From a virus (lineage: Duplodnaviria; Caudoviricetes), in IMG/VR virus record IMGVR_UViG_3300007177_000352, positions 1-64,000 of that record: a DNA stretch of 64,000 bases; one strand, written 5' to 3'. The notes beneath the pieces are model-generated. The model did no database searches. It saw only the letters and a list, made by a program, of their open reading frames with translations, and was not told the origin of the DNA. Position numbers and translations under genes: made by a program. Of the stretch, positions 18,005-27,874 are shown piece after piece. Positions within the stretch are counted from its first letter, which is position 1; each line of letters opens with the position of its first letter.

Positions 18005-18848
18005 CATGAATGAAGAAACGAGAGTAACAGAGATGAAAGATGGGCAGCATATTCATGTGCATATACACATGAATGGTAGTCAAGGTCAAAATGAGATGCC
18101 GACCAGCGAGGCACTTAAAGGAGGTAGCAATAGCATTAACGTATTTCTTGCTATTGTAATTATCGGACTAGGCTTCGTTGTTGCAAATAAATACGGGTTG
18201 CTAGTTTCCCTAGCTATACCAGATAGCATTGCCAACTTCCACCTAAACAACCTAAGTCCTTTCCCAAAGGCCGCGATGACTTTGCCAACGATGCAACCAG
18301 TGACAATGCGTTGCGTTGCATTAAATATAGGAATAGATATGAATGGCCAACCTGTCCCCGCTTCAGATGCAAACATTGATTCAATACCTAAAAAGGTATG
18401 TTATAGCGGTTGCAGATATGAGATGATACCGAGTCAGGCATGGGTAGGATTAGAAAATGGGATGATGAGCTATGTTGGGAAGTTTAAGCCAATAGGCGAG
18501 ACATGCAATGATGGCGGGATGCAAAATGACGGGATGCAGAAGACCTTTTTAGCACTGGTACCACTTTATATGCTAAAAGATTATCTATCGAGAGGTCAGT
18601 CAGGTGACGGTAAAAGTGACAAAGCAGAGGACGATAAAACAGCCATCCTACCTAGCTTTCAAGTGCCCTTCATAGACCAAAAAATACAAGAAGCCAAAGA
18701 AAAAATAGGCGCATGGATATGGCAATTTAGTCGTTTGATAATTCTAGTGATGGCCGTGTTTATCTTCTTAATTGGACTGCTATCTAACAGGTTAAGTAGA
18801 TACCTATTAATTCTAGGGAGTCTATCCGTTGCATGGTATGTCTATTGA
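17997..18848 (+). CDS. membrane protein with Cys-containing extracytoplasmic domain
   Basis: TM near aa 48-68 and two C-terminal TMs; central CV...CYSGCRY...C. Confidence 0.6.
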   Translation: MNNMNEETRVTEMKDGQHIHVHIHMNGSQGQNEMPTSEALKGGSNSINVFLAIVIIGLGFVVANKYGLLVSLAIPDSIANFHLNNLSPFPKAAMTLPTMQPVTMRCVALNIGIDMNGQPVPASDANIDSIPKKVCYSGCRYEMIPSQAWVGLENGMMSYVGKFKPIGETCNDGGMQNDGMQKTFLALVPLYMLKDYLSRGQSGDGKSDKAEDDKTAILPSFQVPFIDQKIQEAKEKIGAWIWQFSRLIILVMAVFIFLIGLLSNRLSRYLLILGSLSVAWYVY

Positions 18849-18855
18849 ATGATTA

Positions 18856-18962
18856 AAAACCACTGTATTAAGCATGTATTAAGCAGGTAAAATACAGTGG
18901 TTTTCTTTACAAAAAATTTTTTTTCATAAACTCTTGACAAACTATAAAAAGTATATTACGCT
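18856..18962 (+). promoter_or_regulatory. terminator hairpin followed by sigma70-like promoter of the virion operon
   Basis: AAAACCACTGTATT/AATACAGTGGTTTT stem (18856-18904); TTGACA (18934)-17 bp-TACGCT. Confidence 0.5.
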
Positions 18963-19000
18963 ATAAGTAGTGTACATTATATTTTAAGATATATCAGAAA

Positions 19001-20230
19001 ATGAACGTTCAGCAATTGGTGCCTGAACTGTTTGAGTGGATAGAGGTATTTAGGTCTGGCAGTCAAGTTGATAGCCATGGTAATGAGAGGATTTGGACTG
19101 ACTCTGATTTAACCGAGATGGTTCAAAACTTTCAACCTAACACATTTACTGTTCCTGTAGTCTTAGGTCACCAAAATTCAGATAGCTCCCCCGCCTACGG
19201 ATGGGTCTCAAGCCTTAAAAAAGAAGGCGACAGACTCTATGCAAAATTAGCAAATGTTTTAGAAACGTTTGCAATCAGTTTCAAAAATAAACAATACCCA
19301 AACCGGTCGGTACGAATAGATATAACTGACCGCGGCCTTGAACTTGGTCACCTTGCCTTTCTAGGCGCCACCCCCCCTGCTATAGATTTACAGCCTGCTG
19401 TCCAATTTAAGCGGTATCTCAAATCCTTTGAGTATCCAATACCGCTATCACCCGAAGTTAATCAACCTAACCCAATTGAATTTACATCCTTAATTACAGG
19501 AGGTTTAACTATGGCCCTACCTAATATGCCACCCAAAGAAACTGGAACTGGTGACTCTAAAGAAGCTACTCAGGCACAGAATGCCCAGACGGATAGTAGT
19601 AAGAAAACGTCGCCCGATTCCACATCAAAAACAGAGATGGAATCAACTGACTCGGTTGCTTTTGAGCTAGCCATTGAGACCCCGGCGCCTGCCATGCCAC
19701 CAGCCATGCAACCAGCCGCTCCCCCCGCACAACCCAAACCTACGGCACCACCGCCCGGCATGGTGATTATGAGTGAACACGAAAGACAACTCCTCTTAAA
19801 CCAAGGTGTTGCCTCCGCCGCTGAAGCCATGCTATCAAGTGCGCAACTTTACGTCAGCCAGTTGCAAGCCGCCGGTAAAGTCACCCCTGCATTGCTAGAC
19901 GGGATAGCTGACTTCATTTGCTTCTTAGAACGTCTTGACAGTCCTAATCCGATTTTTGCTTATGCCGCGGCGGTTAATCCAAAGTCAGCACCCAAGCAAT
20001 TAACTTACATAGACAGCCAAGGTCACTCTACTCAAGTACGCCCGGTGGATTACTTCAAAGCCTTATTGCAGAAGCTACCTACCCAAGTGGACCTGGGTAA
20101 GCGTCACGAGTTTGCCGCTATGCCGGTATCAGACCCAGCAGCGGAATTTGAAAATGTAGTCAATGGAATCACCCGCGGTTTTAGGATTCCAAAACCTGCT
20201 AACACTCCACCCCTAACTCAATATAGATAG
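19001..20230 (+). CDS. Mu-like prohead protease / scaffold
   Basis: WIEVFRSG, PVVLGH...PAYGWV, YPNRSVRI, HLAFLGATPPA; Pro/Ala-rich scaffold C-half with possible internal start. Confidence 0.8.
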   Translation: MNVQQLVPELFEWIEVFRSGSQVDSHGNERIWTDSDLTEMVQNFQPNTFTVPVVLGHQNSDSSPAYGWVSSLKKEGDRLYAKLANVLETFAISFKNKQYPNRSVRIDITDRGLELGHLAFLGATPPAIDLQPAVQFKRYLKSFEYPIPLSPEVNQPNPIEFTSLITGGLTMALPNMPPKETGTGDSKEATQAQNAQTDSSKKTSPDSTSKTEMESTDSVAFELAIETPAPAMPPAMQPAAPPAQPKPTAPPPGMVIMSEHERQLLLNQGVASAAEAMLSSAQLYVSQLQAAGKVTPALLDGIADFICFLERLDSPNPIFAYAAAVNPKSAPKQLTYIDSQGHSTQVRPVDYFKALLQKLPTQVDLGKRHEFAAMPVSDPAAEFENVVNGITRGFRIPKPANTPPLTQYR

Positions 20231-20241
20231 AGGAGTCACCT

Positions 20242-20886
20242 ATGAGCTTATACACACGAGTTGACTTAGCAGTAGATAATCTGCTTGACGTAGCTTATCC
20301 GATACATACTGAGTCAGCTACCATCACCACTGGTACCTTATCTGCTGGCGCCGTTTTAGGACGGATTGCTACGGCAGTGGGTACTCCAAGTTACGGCGCC
20401 GATAACACTGGCAACGGTACGATAGGCACCATTAGTTTAGGTGCCCAAGTCATTGGTGGGGTTTATCAACTTTCTTGCAACACCGTCGCTACTTCCGGGA
20501 GTACCGCTAAATTCACACTCACTGACCCACTAGGTAGTGTGATTAGTACCACCGTAGGGACGGGTTCGCAAACTACCACGACCCACTTAGTTTTCACGAT
20601 AACAGCCGGGGGAACGGCCTTTGCCATTGATGACGTAATCTTAGTTCCCGTGTTAGGTTCAAATTACAAACTCTCGGCGACGGCGGCGGTGGACGGGTCG
20701 GCAACCCCGGTGGCTGTCTTGCTACAGGATACCGACGCCAGTTCCGCGGAACAAACGGCGCCGATTCTATTAGCAGGTCGGGTCAATACGCGGGCACTGA
20801 GTTATGGCACTGGACACAGTGCCGGCACCGTCAAGTGGCCGTTGCGTACTGTAGGTATTCACTCCGTGGCATTCCACTCTAACTAA
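20242..20886 (+). CDS. head decoration protein (lambda gpD-like) with inserted beta-rich domain
   Basis: GTLSAGAVLGRI ... DGSATPVAVLLQDTDAS; between protease and capsid. Confidence 0.75.
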   Translation: MSLYTRVDLAVDNLLDVAYPIHTESATITTGTLSAGAVLGRIATAVGTPSYGADNTGNGTIGTISLGAQVIGGVYQLSCNTVATSGSTAKFTLTDPLGSVISTTVGTGSQTTTTHLVFTITAGGTAFAIDDVILVPVLGSNYKLSATAAVDGSATPVAVLLQDTDASSAEQTAPILLAGRVNTRALSYGTGHSAGTVKWPLRTVGIHSVAFHSN

Positions 20887-20897
20887 AGGAAACTGAT

Positions 20898-22013
20898 ATG
20901 ACAATCAATGATTTGTTATTGAATCCGGTGACGTTGCTACAGGCTGTGAAAACTGTTCCACCCCTGTCAACGTTTCTCCGTGACTTTCTGTTTAAAGAAA
21001 CGCAACAATCCTCTACCGTTCAAATCGCAATAGATGAGATAGTTGGCAACCGTCGACTAGCCCCTTTTGTTGCTTCTAATGCAGTGGCACCCAATGTTGA
21101 ACGCACGGCATTTAGCAGTAAGATTTATCGCCCCCCTTTGGTCAAGGCGAAAAAGAATCTACAGGCTCTTGATGCGCTTAACCGCCTTCCAGGTGAGCTT
21201 CCATTTACCACGGGTGCGGCGTTTGATAGTCAGGAACGCGCTATGGAATTGCTAGGCTGGGAATTGCAAGAATTGAGTAACCGTATCGGTCGCCGTGAAG
21301 AATGGATGATTAGTCAATTGCTTGATACTGGTTCTATCGCTGTTTCTGGCGACGGAATCAATGAAACGATAGACTATGAAATGCCAGCGGGTCACAAGGT
21401 CACATTGACCGGTAATGACCTATTTAGCAGTTCTAACTGCGACCCGATTGCATTATTTACGGAATGGCAACGTCTTATCCAAAAAGATGGCAAACTAGGT
21501 CCTGCTGACTTCGCAATCATGGGTAGAGATGTGCGTGACGCCTTCTTATCACACCCAAAAATCTCACCTAACGCCACCTCTGTACTAAACACACTACGGG
21601 TTGATTTAGGTGTGATTAATCCTAACGCACTTCCCAACGGTGCCGAGTTTTTGGGTACGCTAAAGGGACTGGGTGGACTCAATCTGTATGCTTACAATGA
21701 GTATTACGAAGATGATAATGGGGTCGTCCAGGACATGATGCCGGCGGATAAGATTTATATTGGTTTTAGCCGTGCCCGCAACATCTTTGCTTATGGCGCC
21801 ATCCAAGACCTCCAAAGCCCGACGGTGGCAAATAACATGTCACGGATGCCAAAGGGTATCCCGACACTCCCTCGTAATAACACTTATGCCATGTCTCGTT
21901 TCCCTAAGACGTGGTTTACTGAGGAGCCGTCAGCGCAAATTCTGATGATGCAATCGGCACCATTACCCATTATGGTACAACCCAATTGCTTCATGAGTAT
22001 CAAGGCCGTCTAA
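20898..22013 (+). CDS. major capsid protein (lambda gpE family)
   Basis: TFLRDFLF, RRLAPFV, PPLVKAK, IGRREEWMISQLLDTG, MMQSAPLP. Confidence 0.9.
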   Translation: MTINDLLLNPVTLLQAVKTVPPLSTFLRDFLFKETQQSSTVQIAIDEIVGNRRLAPFVASNAVAPNVERTAFSSKIYRPPLVKAKKNLQALDALNRLPGELPFTTGAAFDSQERAMELLGWELQELSNRIGRREEWMISQLLDTGSIAVSGDGINETIDYEMPAGHKVTLTGNDLFSSSNCDPIALFTEWQRLIQKDGKLGPADFAIMGRDVRDAFLSHPKISPNATSVLNTLRVDLGVINPNALPNGAEFLGTLKGLGGLNLYAYNEYYEDDNGVVQDMMPADKIYIGFSRARNIFAYGAIQDLQSPTVANNMSRMPKGIPTLPRNNTYAMSRFPKTWFTEEPSAQILMMQSAPLPIMVQPNCFMSIKAV

Positions 22014-22033
22014 CCGTCTAAGTGGTTATTATC

Positions 22034-22573
22034 ATGTACACGTCACCTCTGGCAATGATGCAACAATTTGGAGTCCAACGACTCACTAAGTACGCCTCTC
22101 CGATAGACGCGGTGGTAATCAAAGTCGTCCCGGCGGCGGTACTACGGGCTGCTATTGTTGGAGGTGATATGTCTCCTTATTCCGATGAACAAGTGGAGTT
22201 AGCTAATGCCGCCTTAGTTCGCATTCAGGAAAATATAACAGCGGCGGAGAGTGTCGTAAATGCTTACTTAATCCGCCGCTATCAAGTTCCTCTTAGTATA
22301 TCTCTCTTGACTGCGAATCAAGAATTACTCAGTCGGCATACTAATTCAATTGCACGCTATCTACTCGCGGCCCATAAGCCAAGTGTAGCTATCAAGTCGG
22401 CTTATGATACTGCAATTAGCTGGTTAGATGATATAACCAGTGGAACTCGCGGGGGACTCAGTTTAGGTGAGGGCGACATAGATGCAAGTGTCACTTACCC
22501 AACCTTAACTCCCCCATTCTCGGTTAAACAAAGTGCAAGCAAGGTACCTTGGCAATGTTACAAGCGAATTTAG
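22034..22573 (+). CDS. Mu gp36-like (DUF1320) head-tail connector
   Basis: AESVVNAYLIRRYQVPL, IARYLL, YDTAISWLDDI. Confidence 0.75.
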   Translation: MYTSPLAMMQQFGVQRLTKYASPIDAVVIKVVPAAVLRAAIVGGDMSPYSDEQVELANAALVRIQENITAAESVVNAYLIRRYQVPLSISLLTANQELLSRHTNSIARYLLAAHKPSVAIKSAYDTAISWLDDITSGTRGGLSLGEGDIDASVTYPTLTPPFSVKQSASKVPWQCYKRI

Positions 22574-22998
22574 ATACTAGAAGAGTCGTGAAGCAACTGA
22601 ATAATCTCGGTGTACAAGTCAATGACCTCAGTTATCCGTTTAAAGAGATAGGCGAGTACATGATGACTGAAATAGCCATGCGTTTTGAACGTGGTGTTGA
22701 CCAAGATGGTAAACCTTGGATACCATCTAAACGTGCGAAGCGAGACGGCGGGAAGACATTAGTAGATAAGGCCATTCTAAGACAATCCATAGCTTACAAA
22801 GTCAGTGATGATAGCGTTGAGATAGGCGTTGGCAAGTTCCCCACTTACGCACGTATTCACCAAATGGGTGGTAAAACTGGACGAGGCCACCGAGTGACTT
22901 TACCACCCAGACCTTATTTAGGAATCAATGAAAGTGATAAGGAGGAGGCACAACGTATCATTACTCACTTCTTAGAAACAGCAATAATGAGGAGGTAA
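22549..22998 (+). CDS. phage virion morphogenesis protein (Mu gpG-like)
   Basis: RFERGVDQDGKPW, LVDKAILRQSI, YARIHQMGG, LPPRPYLGI. Confidence 0.85.
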   Translation: MAMLQANLDTRRVVKQLNNLGVQVNDLSYPFKEIGEYMMTEIAMRFERGVDQDGKPWIPSKRAKRDGGKTLVDKAILRQSIAYKVSDDSVEIGVGKFPTYARIHQMGGKTGRGHRVTLPPRPYLGINESDKEEAQRIITHFLETAIMRR

Positions 22999-23002
22999 CA
23001 AA

Positions 23003-23386
23003 ATGGCAATCATTACAGATTACATGAAGGATAGGTTAATAAAACACCTCTTAGGCCGTGAGACTTTACCACCTATCACTGAGGTTAAATTAGCACTTTA
23101 TACTAAAGCTGACGGATTACAAACGGATAACCCGACGGGGGAGGTAACCGATGTGAATTATGAACGTCATTTAGTCACCTTTAATGAGTTTGGTGTAAGT
23201 GACCCATTCCACTTTAACGGCTTTGCAACTGAGGTGACTATCACACACCAAGCGTTGGTAGGTCAAGTAGAAGGGGAGGATAGAATCTTAATAGCTATAC
23301 CTTTCGCAACGCCAGTTACACCTTTGATAGGTCAGCCGTTGTGGTATGAAACAGGTAAAGTGACAATGGAACTTACTACAATCTAA
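23003..23386 (+). CDS. virion-associated beta-protein, paralog of next gene
   Basis: LALYT...EVTDVNYERHLVTF pattern shared with 23406..23786. Confidence 0.6.
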   Translation: MAIITDYMKDRLIKHLLGRETLPPITEVKLALYTKADGLQTDNPTGEVTDVNYERHLVTFNEFGVSDPFHFNGFATEVTITHQALVGQVEGEDRILIAIPFATPVTPLIGQPLWYETGKVTMELTTI

Positions 23387-23405
23387 AATCTAAGAGGAAC
23401 TTATT

Positions 23406-23786
23406 ATGGCTGGCATCTTTACAACTTACGCGGCTGACAAAATCAGAAAACTGATAACTGGAAACGAGGCGTTCCTTTTGCCTAATAATTTAGCAGTCGC
23501 CATATACACTGGCACTGATGGTATTAAGGACAATACGCCGACTCAAGAGGCAAGCTATAGTGGGTATGAACGGGCATCCATTATCTTTAATTCTAGTGGA
23601 GTAAGCTCGCCTATTTCATTCATAGGCCCGCCGACCGAGGTAGTGATTACTCATGTAGGAATTATTGATGTGGCGGAGGATAAGATTTTATGGGCGGCAC
23701 CGTTATCAGAACCGGCGACCTTGACACCCGGTAAACCTCTGTTTTTTGACAGCGGTGACATATCTGCCGTCATAGATACGATATAG
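23406..23786 (+). CDS. virion-associated beta-protein, paralog of previous gene
   Basis: VAIYTG...EASYSGYERASIIF, ITHVGIID. Confidence 0.6.
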   Translation: MAGIFTTYAADKIRKLITGNEAFLLPNNLAVAIYTGTDGIKDNTPTQEASYSGYERASIIFNSSGVSSPISFIGPPTEVVITHVGIIDVAEDKILWAAPLSEPATLTPGKPLFFDSGDISAVIDTI

Positions 23787-23794
23787 GTGTTCAA

Positions 23795-24595
23795 ATGATA
23801 ACTGTGATAGCTTCTGCAAGTAGCACTGGTTTAGCACAAACCTCTCCTATTTTAGCAAGCGTGGCAATTGATATTGCAAGTAGTCAGGGACTGGTGAGTC
23901 CTCATGTTATAACCAGTCATTCAGTGACTCAGTTTTCAGAATCATCTGCATCAGTGACTCCTTTTGAATTAATCAGTCAAGATTTCATAAGTGCAATTCA
24001 GTTATCAAGTGATTTTTCTGGTCAAATAAATACCAGCGAGAGCTTTGCTAGTGAGGTGATTTTAACTCTTAAAGCCCCTCCTACTCTCTCCTCGACTGCC
24101 AGGCGGAATATCGTCTTAAAGTTAAGAGAAGACCTTTATGGTGAGATTCGTATTGACGATTTGACCAGTGAAGTGACTCAGGTAGAGGGGACGACAGATT
24201 TTAGAGGAGTCTTAACAGAGGACCAGGTATCAAGTACACCGTCAGTATTTGTGATGAGGTTGCGTACTCAAGCATCTGCTAATTCAAATCTAGGTTATGA
24301 CGTAAGACAACAGGTGGAGGATTACTTTGGTATTCTCCTTGTTGCTGACAATATCACAGACGAGTATGGTGTCAACTCAATGGATGTAATTTGGGCAATG
24401 CACTCTAAAATCATTGATTCATTACTGGGGTGGCAACTCCCAGCAACTGAATTTGATAGACCTACCATGCCGTTGGCCTACCGGGGTGGAGTGGCATACG
24501 GATTAGAGTTGGATTCATACCATTGGCTAGACCAATTCTCCTGCACATCACAAATTTGCAGTTATCGGAATCGGACTCAGCCTGCTACATTTTAA
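23795..24595 (+). CDS. tail terminator-like protein (Mu gp37-like C-terminal domain) with Ser-rich N-terminal extension
   Basis: position before tail tube; IIDSLLGWQLP..F.RP..PL.YRGG. Confidence 0.5.
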   Translation: MITVIASASSTGLAQTSPILASVAIDIASSQGLVSPHVITSHSVTQFSESSASVTPFELISQDFISAIQLSSDFSGQINTSESFASEVILTLKAPPTLSSTARRNIVLKLREDLYGEIRIDDLTSEVTQVEGTTDFRGVLTEDQVSSTPSVFVMRLRTQASANSNLGYDVRQQVEDYFGILLVADNITDEYGVNSMDVIWAMHSKIIDSLLGWQLPATEFDRPTMPLAYRGGVAYGLELDSYHWLDQFSCTSQICSYRNRTQPATF

Positions 24596-24613
24596 ACTTA
24601 GAGGTACATAATT

Positions 24614-26107
24614 ATGGCATTTCAATCTTGTGGACTCATGTCCAAAAAAATCGGTGCGTTAATCGGCGAGGAAGTTACTTACGGAGTTGACCCGCTATCA
24701 TATACGGTCATTCCAGTGAATAGTGGTGCGGACTTCAAAATGGAAAATGACATGCAGGAACGCACCATGGTAATGCCGAACTTCTCACCTGTTGGCAAAC
24801 TCAGTGGGTCAATGTCAGCTACGTCAACTATTCCAGTGGAGTTCTTAGGCGGCGGCGTTGATGAAGACCAAAAAGTTCAAGCGCCTTTCTATGATACCTT
24901 GATGCAAGCGAGTGGATTGGTGAAGCAAACTATCTACTTGCTGAATTGCACGGGTAGTACCGGGACGTGGTCAACCACTGAGACGATAACACAAGCGGCC
25001 ACCAAGGCAATTCATTTGGGAACAGCTAACCTATCAAGCGGGCACGATTGGAGTGGTACATCTCAAAAATTCTCAATCAACGTCAATGACGGCGGATTGA
25101 CCGAGGTAACTCTTGACAGTGCCTGCACAAATGTCAGTGAGGTCGTGACTGAAATTAATTCACAGTTAAGTACCGCGGGCGTGACTGGGGCCGAAGCCTA
25201 TGCAAGTACCAATTACGTTGGCATTCGTACCACAACTGTCGGAGCCGATAAGACTATCGTCCTGGCCACCGGGAGTCCTAATGCACTCACTACACTAGGC
25301 TGGACGGCTGGAACTTATACAGGCACCGCGGCGGTCACCGGGAGTTTGTTAGATGCTAGGAGTACGGGTGGAGGCGTAGCTACCTTGACGGTAATAACGT
25401 CGGGTGATTTTGGGATAGGCACTGTTACCGGGGCCGGCGGAGGTTCGGCAACGGTTGCAATTGCAACGGACGGAATTGCTTATACGCCTACCAGTGTATG
25501 TGCAAATATGAAATCATTGACACTGCATTTCATTCGTGATATGATGAAACATATATCCACTGGAATGCGGGCCGACCCGACTTTCACCTTTGAAGTGGGT
25601 AAGCTGGCCACCGCTTCTTTTGCACTCACGGGCTTATATACTGACCCTACTGACACGTCTCCTCCGGCGGCTACGGTGCCTAGTGTTTTACCGTTCCCAT
25701 TGATGGGTGCAACGATTGTCATTGGTGACCTGTCGCCCACGCTAATGGCTTGCAGTAAGTTAGAACTCAAGCTAGGCAATACGATAACCAAGCACATGGA
25801 CTTATCTGATAGTAACGGTATGTCCAGTGTCGGTATCACGGGCCGCAAGCCAACGGGTTCTATTGACCCACTGGCGCCCTCCTCCTTAACTGACTTCAAT
25901 CCGATTGCTATTGCAAAGGCTGGCACCAAACTAAGGATAGAGGCATTATTTGGCAGTACCCATGGCAACCGTTTCAAAGTGGTGATTCCGTATGCCCAAT
26001 TGGATATGCCAGAACTGGGTGACCGGGAGGAACTGGTTGTCTATAATCTCAACTTTACTTGCACTGGCAATAAAGGCGACGACGAGTTTTATATCGCTTT
26101 CGTATAA
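24614..26107 (+). CDS. major tail (tube) protein with inserted domain
   Basis: EEVTYGVDP, LMQASGL, SLTLHF...STGMRADPTFTFEVG, ITGRKPTGSIDP, IPYAQL; ~150-aa Thr/Gly-rich insertion. Confidence 0.75.
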   Translation: MAFQSCGLMSKKIGALIGEEVTYGVDPLSYTVIPVNSGADFKMENDMQERTMVMPNFSPVGKLSGSMSATSTIPVEFLGGGVDEDQKVQAPFYDTLMQASGLVKQTIYLLNCTGSTGTWSTTETITQAATKAIHLGTANLSSGHDWSGTSQKFSINVNDGGLTEVTLDSACTNVSEVVTEINSQLSTAGVTGAEAYASTNYVGIRTTTVGADKTIVLATGSPNALTTLGWTAGTYTGTAAVTGSLLDARSTGGGVATLTVITSGDFGIGTVTGAGGGSATVAIATDGIAYTPTSVCANMKSLTLHFIRDMMKHISTGMRADPTFTFEVGKLATASFALTGLYTDPTDTSPPAATVPSVLPFPLMGATIVIGDLSPTLMACSKLELKLGNTITKHMDLSDSNGMSSVGITGRKPTGSIDPLAPSSLTDFNPIAIAKAGTKLRIEALFGSTHGNRFKVVIPYAQLDMPELGDREELVVYNLNFTCTGNKGDDEFYIAFV

Positions 26108-26202
26108 CAATTTACCCATAGCCAGTTGCATTGCTTAACATCGTAATTGCACTGGCTATATTCAATTTCTTTTACAAGCCCAATGATGGGCGAGGTCAAT
26201 TT

Positions 26203-26718
26203 ATGGCATTAACGTTAAGTAGTGTAACGAATCAAAAAAGCGTCCCTGTCTTCATAGGTGACGGAGAGCGTGACAAGGTATTGTTAGGAATTAAATTCCT
26301 ACTCATGGATGACGAACGGTGGGGGAAGATGATTGGGGAACTCATTGATGAAGATAACCCATCTGGTGACGCGGCTAATGAAGGTGGCGAAGAGAAGCGG
26401 CCCAAACGGAAGTTTATTGAATCCTTACGGGTGAATAAAAAAGCCGTGTTCAAGGTATGTAAGGAAGTGGTTATCTTGAGTGAGTCGGGTCTTCAATTGA
26501 ACCTTGAAGTGGCCGACGTAGATAGTGACGGTAATCCACAGTATGACGAATTTGGTGAGGCAATCACCCGCATGGTAACAGCCGATTTGAAGAAAGGTGA
26601 TAAGCTGGAAGGTGAAGCACTGGCCGCCTTCTTTAGTTTTGTGGCAACGGTTCAACAAGTAGTGGATTACTACTCGAAGCACGTAGTGAATGTCCACCAG
26701 CGTGACAAAAAAAAGTAA
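26203..26718 (+). CDS. tail assembly chaperone (gpG analog)
   Basis: follows tail tube; ends at slippery AAAAAAAAG-TAA; ATG 26203 (MALTL). Confidence 0.65.
   Translation: MALTLSSVTNQKSVPVFIGDGERDKVLLGIKFLLMDDERWGKMIGELIDEDNPSGDAANEGGEEKRPKRKFIESLRVNKKAVFKVCKEVVILSESGLQLNLEVADVDSDGNPQYDEFGEAITRMVTADLKKGDKLEGEALAAFFSFVATVQQVVDYYSKHVVNVHQRDKKK
26707..26718 (+). other. programmed -1 ribosomal frameshift site
   Basis: A AAA AAG before TAA; the -1 frame is open from 26715 and in frame with ATG 26805. Confidence 0.75.
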
Positions 26719-26804
26719 CCCAATACCGTAACCTCTTTGAGGAGGATAATCTTATTGAGGTTGCAAACTACTGGGCGAGTGGTCAAAGTAGTAAGGATAA
26801 ACCA

Positions 26805-27158
26805 ATGGAGGAGGTTGAATCTGAAATTAACCTCCTCGTTGACCCAGAGACCGCGGCCAAGCTAGTCGAACAGTTGAAACGCGATGCAACCCCGGACGAG
26901 TGTCATATCCTCCCTAAAAATTGGGAAACGTTTCTTTTTTGGCAACGTATATCCAGTCACTGGTTATACGGTGCCATGGGTGGTATCTTAGGTTTAGACT
27001 GGGGGACTGTGTATGCAAAGGTGAGCCTTTATCACCAGTCCCCACCAGAGGAACTGAAAGAGCGTTACGGTTTTGAAAGAGTCACTTTGATGATGATTGA
27101 GGGTGTGGAGGCTATGGAACGTGAGGCAAGGCGGGTGCTAAATGAAGACAATAAGTAG
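26805..27158 (+). CDS. tail assembly chaperone C-terminal part (gpT/DUF1799-like)
   Basis: NWETFLFWQRISSHWLYGAMGGILGLDWGTV, MEREA. Confidence 0.7.
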   Translation: MEEVESEINLLVDPETAAKLVEQLKRDATPDECHILPKNWETFLFWQRISSHWLYGAMGGILGLDWGTVYAKVSLYHQSPPEELKERYGFERVTLMMIEGVEAMEREARRVLNEDNK

Positions 27159-27492
27159 AGAATTACAGAGCATGGTTAACGTTTGTATGCAGTACAAACT
27201 GAGTATATTTCTTGAACGTGTTGATATGAATTGCTTCCCTAAGTCGCTTCACCCACTGATAGGAATCATAGGACTAGACATGATGTTGCAGATATGCCTG
27301 CTTACTGATAAACTACGGATACCCAAAAAGGAGACCACTTTAAGGCGTAACTTACGTGGCAATCCTATCTATACGATTCTTTTATCTCTCCCCTCTAGTA
27401 AGCTGACCTCTTTACTGAAAGAGTATAGAGGATGCCGTTTAGATATACCGAAATTTTCCACCTTGTGGAATCGTGTATTAAAAGGAGAATAG
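27142..27492 (+). CDS. Mor/C-like transcription regulator (tentative)
   Basis: two repeats of L...(Y)xG..L.IPK (IIGLD...LRIPK; LLKEYRGCRLDIPK). Confidence 0.4.
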   Translation: MKTISRELQSMVNVCMQYKLSIFLERVDMNCFPKSLHPLIGIIGLDMMLQICLLTDKLRIPKKETTLRRNLRGNPIYTILLSLPSSKLTSLLKEYRGCRLDIPKFSTLWNRVLKGE

Positions 27493-27493
27493 A

Positions 27494-27874
27494 ATGGACA
27501 TAATCATAGAACTGATAAAAGAGAATCATGACCACATTACGAATTTAGTGGTTGCATATACGTTAGGATTACTTGGTGCTATTGTGAATTATCTAAGAAT
27601 GCGGGATTTTAAGAATGGTTTTCAAATTGGCCGTATCTTTTTATCAGTGAGCTTTGTATCGCCTACAATATATATTCTGTCTGCAGGTTTTGTAGATACC
27701 AAATTGCAAATTGGATTGACGATTTTATCCGGGGCATTCCATGAGGAGGCACTTGGATTACTAAGGTCGCGATTTGAAAGTATGAAGAGTAGTATAGAAA
27801 TGAAGAATGGCAGTGGTCTTATTAGGAAGGACGAATCTCAAGATAAGCCTAAACAAGGGGAGGAGACTCAATGA
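27494..27874 (+). CDS. holin-like membrane protein
   Basis: three hydrophobic segments, charged C-tail. Confidence 0.5.
   Translation: MDIIIELIKENHDHITNLVVAYTLGLLGAIVNYLRMRDFKNGFQIGRIFLSVSFVSPTIYILSAGFVDTKLQIGLTILSGAFHEEALGLLRSRFESMKSSIEMKNGSGLIRKDESQDKPKQGEETQ

Noticed and set aside
25480-25977. Long antisense ORFs (also 37368-37814, 35256-35762, 44250-44612, 56807-57430)
   Set aside because: Shadow frames of well-supported genes on the other strand, with no motifs.
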